Source: a virus
Length of the DNA stretch: 64,000 bases
Virus record (IMG/VR): IMGVR_UViG_3300046047_000262
Strand: one strand, 5' to 3'
Shown here: in pieces, positions 58,815 through 64,000 of the stretch
How positions within the stretch are numbered: the first letter of the stretch is position 1
Layout of the letters: each line of letters opens with the position of its first letter
The notes under the pieces: generated by a model
What the model saw: the letters and a program-made list of their open reading frames with translations, nothing else
What the model was told of the DNA's origin: nothing
Database searches by the model: none
Translations under genes and position numbers: made by a program

Positions 58815-59290
58815 TTATCACTCCCTTTGTTATTATTATCAACTGTAACCTTCAGCCCACCAACGAATGCCGAAGCCGCATTGTACAGTATTACCGTGAG
58901 CACACCGAAAACAGTGAGAACAATGATCAGGAAAACTGAGAATCCCGCTGACAAGCCGATCAGACCATTCTTGGATAACTCCAGAACACCACCAAGCAAA
59001 GCATTCAGCTTTGATAGGAACCCTAATGAGTCCAATGCGGTAATACCAAGGAACAACACCAGGAACGTCGCCAGACCCCATCCTATAGACATGATGAATG
59101 AGACCAACGCCGCCCTGCCGACACCTATGCTCGATGCTAACACCTGATGCGAACGCGTAATCGGCGTATCAACGATTACGTCTACGTCACTATCACTTGT
59201 AGTATCAGCGTCAGGAATCACAGTATCCATGATCTTACTATTACTTGATGCGGTTACCCTAGGTTTTCTTTGACCATTGTTATTGCCCAT
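58811..59290 (-). CDS. DUF3566-family membrane protein
   Basis: ALVSFIMSIG..LDSLGFLS..ILYNAASAFVGGLKVTV; start moved to MGNNN. Confidence 0.75.
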   Translation of the reverse strand: MGNNNGQRKPRVTASSNSKIMDTVIPDADTTSDSDVDVIVDTPITRSHQVLASSIGVGRAALVSFIMSIGWGLATFLVLFLGITALDSLGFLSKLNALLGGVLELSKNGLIGLSAGFSVFLIIVLTVFGVLTVILYNAASAFVGGLKVTVDNNNKGSDK

Positions 59291-59296
59291 ATCATC

Positions 59297-59305
59297 ATGA
59301 TACCA
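59297..59305 (-). promoter_or_regulatory. Class A extended -10 (TGGTATCAT), leaderless DUF3566-sigma operon
   Basis: Exactly 6 nt before ATG at 59290. Confidence 0.7.
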
Positions 59306-59366
59306 ATTTTTTACATGATAATACGTTCTGATGCCAATTAGCACAAAAGAGCTGAATGTATGATTA

Positions 59367-60182
59367 TCAGTATACTCGTGCTATCGTGTACGCACCTGGG
59401 AATCCTGATAATGGGGAAATAATCGTACCCTTCCTAGGACTCGCGGCATTCATCACCATACCATTACCTATGTAAATGGCGGCATGCTGACTGTTAGCGA
59501 TGATGTCACCAGGCATCATCTGCCCTTGCGGTATAGTTACACCAACGTTTGCCTGAGCACCAGATACCCTTGGTAACGTGATACCGAAATGAGCGAACAC
59601 ATACTGTACGAACGCCGAGCAATCCCAACCATCGGTAGGGGATGTGCCACCATACACATAAGGTCTACCGACGAACTGTACCGACCACATGGCGATCTGC
59701 TGACCACGGGTCTGCTGATCCGTTGACAAGGTGGGAACAGCTGTCACAGTTGGTGAAGACCCTGCGGATGATGCTGATGTCGTACCATCCGATGCGGGAT
59801 CTGATCGTGTATAGTTCCTACTGACAGTATTGTTCGAAGCTGCGACGGCAGCACTTTGAGCTTGCTCGCGGGCTTGCTGATCGGCAGCATCCTGAGCGGC
59901 TTTCGCCTGAGCATCGGCAGCAGCCTGTTTCTCAGCAGTGGATTGAGTCTTCGGGACGCTCATGGTCTCACTGACCCATTCACCATCGCCTACAGTGGAA
60001 ACGGATATGGATTCAGATAACAGATCCTTATGTGGTTTATCACGCACGGGAAACGATGCCATAGCGGTCACGGTCTTACCATGAGTGGATGCCAATGCGG
60101 TGGTTGATGACAATCCCATGGTTACGAATGAACCTATGATGACAGGGATGCTAATAAGAGTTCCATATAATTTATGCTTCAT
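59367..60182 (-). CDS. Secreted NlpC/P60 (C40) peptidoglycan endopeptidase
   Basis: GRPYVYGG, WDCSAFVQYV, HAAIYIG; signal peptide, Ala/Gln coiled-coil linker. Confidence 0.92.
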   Translation of the reverse strand: MKHKLYGTLISIPVIIGSFVTMGLSSTTALASTHGKTVTAMASFPVRDKPHKDLLSESISVSTVGDGEWVSETMSVPKTQSTAEKQAAADAQAKAAQDAADQQAREQAQSAAVAASNNTVSRNYTRSDPASDGTTSASSAGSSPTVTAVPTLSTDQQTRGQQIAMWSVQFVGRPYVYGGTSPTDGWDCSAFVQYVFAHFGITLPRVSGAQANVGVTIPQGQMMPGDIIANSQHAAIYIGNGMVMNAASPRKGTIISPLSGFPGAYTIARVY

Positions 60183-60275
60183 AATAAGTATAGCGTTGAA
60201 CCAACCGCATCTTACGAGTCATAGGACCCGCGGTAATCCTTTCCCCCGGCGAATGTTATGTATGTTAGTATACCA
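60183..60275 (-). promoter_or_regulatory. Extended -10 promoter (TGGTATACT) and structured ~78-nt leader of the NlpC/P60 gene
   Basis: Promoter at 60267-60275; nested hairpin 60198-60239 (ACCGC/GCGGT, CGGGTC/GACTCG). Confidence 0.5.
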
Positions 60276-60297
60276 TACTCATTATGAATATCGTATA

Positions 60298-62955
60298 TCA
60301 TGACAATATCGGCTCATCAGTACCGAAATACCGCATAGCATCCTTGATTGATGATGCCCTCTGACTGGATGAAAGAATACTATCAGCATCCTCCCTGGCA
60401 ATACCGATCCACTTAGCATGAAGCATGAGATCAGCGAACCTGAGATCAGTGGTACCAGATTGCTGGGTACCGAACAACGAACCCGTTCCCCTAGTCTTCA
60501 TATCCTCCTTCGACAGTTTCCAACCATCAAGAGTATCAACTAATGATTGTAACCTTCTCTGGGCATTAACATTGAACGGCATGGCCACAAGATAGCATCG
60601 TGATGGCAACGAACCCCTACCGATTCGACCACGAATCTGATGAAGAGAAGCCAAACCGAACCTGTTCGCATCCAATACGATCATCCTAGTGGCCTTATCA
60701 CAGGACACACCTACCTCCACTACCGATGATGCTACCAGCACGTTAACGGTACCGTTCTTGAAATCCTCGATGACCTTATCCTGCTCGACCTTCTTCTGTG
60801 AACCGTATACCACACCGACATTGACATCAGGCATCAACTCCTGCATACGTTTATAGGTCTTCTTCACACTGGCGGCATCGATCTTATCATTATCCGATAC
60901 CATAGGAGCAACGATGAACGTTCCATGACCAAGAGACGATTCCCTACGGATATCAGACCACAGCTCACAATCAGCATCATCGAGAACAGTTTGACCCTTC
61001 TGCTTCAACCATGTAGTCACAATAGGTTGGCGACCTGCAGGTAATTCATCCAAAGCGATGTATGATATGTCACCATAGTATACTTGGGCCATACTTCTGG
61101 GAATAGGTGTAGCAGTCTGCATCAACATATCAGGAACCCTACCATCATCACGTATCTCAAGTAGCCTGTTACGCTGTGAAGCACCGAACTTATGCTGCTC
61201 ATCCACACCGACGAATGTAAGATCATGGTACTGCAAGTTCAATACCGCATGTGTACCGAAGATCACGTTGGCATCACCGTTCTCAATGTTACCAATGTTC
61301 TCCCTTCTCTTAGCAGCCGAACCCTTGCCCTTATACGTAGCATGGAACACAGGATGTATTCTCGATGACGCCGCGGCGGGCATTCTTTCAAGGATACTCA
61401 TGAACGTATCATATAACTGACGGGCAAGAATCTCCGTAGGAGCACAGATGACTGCCTGATGACCTGCATTCACCGCCGCTAACGCCGCCATATGCATCAC
61501 CGTGGTCTTACCTGAACCGACATCGCCGACAAGCAGAGCATGCATCCTGGAATCAGCGGACATTCCCGAGCACAAGAGTTCCACAGCATGATGCTGGGCA
61601 TGCGTCAACGCATAAGGCAACACGTTCTCATAATCCTTCACCAAGGACAGATCGGATGGCTGGGAAATACCTTTAATGACACCTTCGCCATGCCGTTCGT
61701 TCTCAATGAGAATCATTAATTGCACCAGTTCGCAGAACGCAAGAACCTCTGTTGCCTGGCTAATCGACGCATTGTTATCAGGGAAATGCATGCTTTTCAA
61801 CGCGGAACCATAACTCATGGAACCAATGCTATGCTTATGTAAGAGTTCTTCCGACCATGATGGTCCGACGAATCCGTCACCAAGCCGACTGACGAGTTCC
61901 TGTGTACAATACATGATGATATTCGGTGACAACCCGAATCTTGGCGGTGAATTGTATACAGGGATGACACCCATGACACCATCCACATCCACGAAATCAA
62001 AGTCGGGTTGTGCTAACTGTGCGTACTGATGCCCATGGAAATCCTTGATCTGATATGAACCTGTGGCAATGACCTCATCATCGACCTTGAACTTCTTCTG
62101 CATCCATAAAGCATTGAAGAACGTACAATCAATGGATTCCCCATGACTATCCGTCAATGAGATGATCAGGAGCTTGGAAAAGGTCTTGAACCCTTGGATA
62201 CGACCAATCACCGTAGCCGACTCACCAGGAATCAGATCCTGTATGTACTGCGGTTCGGTCTTATTGATGTACTTCCTTGGCGAGTAGAAGATAAGATCAT
62301 ACAGATCGTTCACCCCGATCATATGGAATTTATCCTCAATCGATGATCTATTCGTTTTCAAAGCACTGAACGATTGTATGTTACCCTGTACGACATGAAG
62401 CAAGGATAATGGCATACCCCTAAGCGAATCAGCGGTACCATCATAAGGTGGTGGAAGCAATTCGTTAGCATTGGTCAACACGATGTCATCAATGATCATC
62501 CTAGCGGGCTTCGGTAATGACGCTTCCAGAATAATGAAATCCCGCACCCTGTTGACAGGTATCGACCATGAACCATCGGAACGACTGGAAGCCCATAACC
62601 TACGCATCATATCCTGATACAAGGGTATCCTAGGTGCCTGAACGATCACACGCTGCGACTGCTCATCCAATGACGCGTGCGGTCGTGGCAATGAACCAGC
62701 AAGTTCAGCCAGTCTCGACTTGATGCCTTCATCCGCGAAAGTAAGCATCATGCCATCATGGGTCATCGATGCGAGCACGTATCGTAAAGCCAACGCGGGC
62801 ACAGGAGCCTCAACGAACTTATACTGCCAACGACCACCGAACGGCATGGACGAAGTAAACGTCGGTATGCCCCTGAACGACGCATCGGCATCGAAATCAG
62901 TGGTAACCAGTATGTGTTCACTAGCTATTCCAACGAATATTCTACCTTGGGTCAT
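60298..62955 (-). CDS. recG: ATP-dependent DNA helicase RecG with N-terminal extension
   Basis: GDVGSGKT, APTEILARQ, DEQHKFG, ATPIPRS, FGLASLHQIRGRIGRG, RGTGSLFGTQQSG. Confidence 0.93.
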   Translation of the reverse strand: MTQGRIFVGIASEHILVTTDFDADASFRGIPTFTSSMPFGGRWQYKFVEAPVPALALRYVLASMTHDGMMLTFADEGIKSRLAELAGSLPRPHASLDEQSQRVIVQAPRIPLYQDMMRRLWASSRSDGSWSIPVNRVRDFIILEASLPKPARMIIDDIVLTNANELLPPPYDGTADSLRGMPLSLLHVVQGNIQSFSALKTNRSSIEDKFHMIGVNDLYDLIFYSPRKYINKTEPQYIQDLIPGESATVIGRIQGFKTFSKLLIISLTDSHGESIDCTFFNALWMQKKFKVDDEVIATGSYQIKDFHGHQYAQLAQPDFDFVDVDGVMGVIPVYNSPPRFGLSPNIIMYCTQELVSRLGDGFVGPSWSEELLHKHSIGSMSYGSALKSMHFPDNNASISQATEVLAFCELVQLMILIENERHGEGVIKGISQPSDLSLVKDYENVLPYALTHAQHHAVELLCSGMSADSRMHALLVGDVGSGKTTVMHMAALAAVNAGHQAVICAPTEILARQLYDTFMSILERMPAAASSRIHPVFHATYKGKGSAAKRRENIGNIENGDANVIFGTHAVLNLQYHDLTFVGVDEQHKFGASQRNRLLEIRDDGRVPDMLMQTATPIPRSMAQVYYGDISYIALDELPAGRQPIVTTWLKQKGQTVLDDADCELWSDIRRESSLGHGTFIVAPMVSDNDKIDAASVKKTYKRMQELMPDVNVGVVYGSQKKVEQDKVIEDFKNGTVNVLVASSVVEVGVSCDKATRMIVLDANRFGLASLHQIRGRIGRGSLPSRCYLVAMPFNVNAQRRLQSLVDTLDGWKLSKEDMKTRGTGSLFGTQQSGTTDLRFADLMLHAKWIGIAREDADSILSSSQRASSIKDAMRYFGTDEPILS

Positions 62956-62961
62956 GGTATC

Positions 62962-62970
62962 ATTGTACCA
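62962..62970 (-). promoter_or_regulatory. Class A extended -10 (TGGTACAAT), leaderless recG
   Basis: Exactly 6 nt before ATG at 62955. Confidence 0.7.
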
Positions 62971-62987
62971 AAAAAGTCAAAAGGTAC

Positions 62988-63899
62988 TCAGACCGTAACC
63001 ATAACCGCGACGATCATCGCTATCGTATTGTACGTAACATGACCGATGATCGTAGGATACAGGCTGGAATACTTCCTACATGCCAACCATGTGAACACCG
63101 AACCGATGAGAGCAGGTGCGAGAATGGACATGGTATCCGTAAGAGTATCACCAGTGAACTGTGCATGGGCTATACCGAAGATGAAACCTGAGACGATGAC
63201 ACTGATAGCGGTACGAATCTTGGAAGGCTTACCATTCGGACCCTGACCAAAACTCGACTGAATAAGTGAACGACCGATCAGCCCACGGAACAGGCACTCC
63301 TCTAGGAACGGTCCGATCAGAACTGTGATCAACACGATGCCTACAGCAAGAACAGGATACTTACTCGTACCATTGAACAGGTCAACACCAGCGGATGATA
63401 ACATCTTCGTCGTCTCGTTCATGACATCATTGTCACCTGATGGTGAATGATGCGGTATCAACGCGATAACATTGGCTACAACCTGTGCGACCACGAATAA
63501 CAACGCGCCCGATCCAAGACCCAATCCTATTGACTTGAACCACGCACCCTTATTCGTCCTGGTATGCATACGCTTACTGATATCATGGACACCAAGACCC
63601 ACCCCGCCGTTCAACGTGGATACGTTCCTCACGAACGGAAGAGCGAACAGAGCGAACGCAGAGAGTTCAGATACGATCACCAGAACGAACATACCAGCTT
63701 GGAGATCAAGTTGATGTCCTGATAAACCCCACCATGACAGGTATCCGATGATACCAATAAACGATCCCGCCAAGGATACCAGAATAAATAAGGGAAGACC
63801 GCCTATGAATGCCAGAATCCTCGATCTATCCTGTTTATCAGCCCACCGAGACTTCATATCGATCCACCATGACATCAATCGTATCATGACCACATTCAT
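62988..63899 (-). CDS. CPBP (CAAX/Abi) intramembrane metalloprotease
   Basis: GPFLEECLFRG, FGIAH, HVTYN; GGGAGG RBS. Confidence 0.88.
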   Translation of the reverse strand: MNVVMIRLMSWWIDMKSRWADKQDRSRILAFIGGLPLFILVSLAGSFIGIIGYLSWWGLSGHQLDLQAGMFVLVIVSELSAFALFALPFVRNVSTLNGGVGLGVHDISKRMHTRTNKGAWFKSIGLGLGSGALLFVVAQVVANVIALIPHHSPSGDNDVMNETTKMLSSAGVDLFNGTSKYPVLAVGIVLITVLIGPFLEECLFRGLIGRSLIQSSFGQGPNGKPSKIRTAISVIVSGFIFGIAHAQFTGDTLTDTMSILAPALIGSVFTWLACRKYSSLYPTIIGHVTYNTIAMIVAVMVTV

Positions 63900-63927
63900 A
63901 AGCGATCCTCCCTTAATTGGATTCCCA

Positions 63928-63999
63928 TCACAGGAATCCTACATCATCATCAACATCAGGGCCGTCACGAGACGCTGAAACGACACCTACAGTACGTAC
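63928..63999 (-). CDS. C-terminal fragment of an upstream gene (partial)
   Basis: Open frame VRTVGVVSASRDGPDVDDDVGFL* entering from the window edge. Confidence 0.35.
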   Translation of the reverse strand, partial: VRTVGVVSASRDGPDVDDDVGFL

Positions 64000-64000
64000 T

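Noticed and set aside
14914-59344. Longer ORF-track starts for radA, clp, FtsK-like, DUF3566, pilin-like and ssb
   Set aside because: The extensions run through promoter or RBS sequences; downstream ATGs fit the recurrent N6 spacing or an SD
60183-60260. c-di-AMP (ydaO) riboswitch before NlpC/P60
   Set aside because: Conserved ydaO blocks are not recognisable and the leader is too short
86-63978. The many plus-strand ORFs and short nested minus-strand ORFs in the track
   Set aside because: All overlap longer motif-bearing minus-strand genes and show no recognisable motifs or RBS; they are shadow ORFs
1-64000. Jumbo phage or prophage interpretation (ThyX, PhoH, one-strand coding, 'phage tail lysozyme' domain)
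   Set aside because: No capsid, terminase, portal or tail genes seen; the lysozyme domain is in a TM-anchored VirB1-like context. Not excluded outside the window
1-64000. tRNA, rRNA, IS elements, integrase
   Set aside because: No cloverleaf/T-loop signature, transposase or recombinase motif noticed by eye; tRNAscan-SE would be decisive

Overview
Nearly 60 tightly packed genes all lie on the minus strand, at roughly mid-40s % GC by eye. The window looks like part of a very large actinobacterial-type extrachromosomal element (megaplasmid or giant ICE-like); no capsid, terminase, tail, integrase, rRNA, tRNA or CRISPR array is visible. It combines: (i) replication and repair genes (DnaB, DnaC-like loader, SSB, beta-clamp, RecG, RadA, SbcD, a Cas4/AddB-like nuclease, ThyX-like, HU); (ii) a split Tad pilus set (TadA, TadB, TadE/TadG-like, large adhesin); (iii) Gram-positive conjugation-type proteins (TcpC-like, TcpD/pilin-like, three large VirB6/TrbL-like paralogues, a lysozyme-NlpC hydrolase); and (iv) host-like envelope and proteostasis genes (class A PBP with PASTA, DivIVA-like, DUF3566, NlpC/P60, Clp ATPase, CAAX protease, PIN-PhoH). 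The most striking pattern is regulatory. Replication and repair genes are preceded by an extended -10 motif, TGGTAYMAT-N6-ATG (leaderless). Pilus and transfer genes are instead preceded, in the same register, by YGATATT-N8-start. The element also encodes a divergent sigma-70-like protein in an operon behind a promoter of the first class. Together these suggest a phage-like two-stage transcription cascade. Other notable items: an 86-bp dispersed intergenic repeat with a G-U-supported hairpin, a shared N-terminal Cys/His module on two unrelated proteins, an SSB-tail mimic, and several apparent pseudoenzymes. All protein calls come from motif recognition by eye, not database searches.
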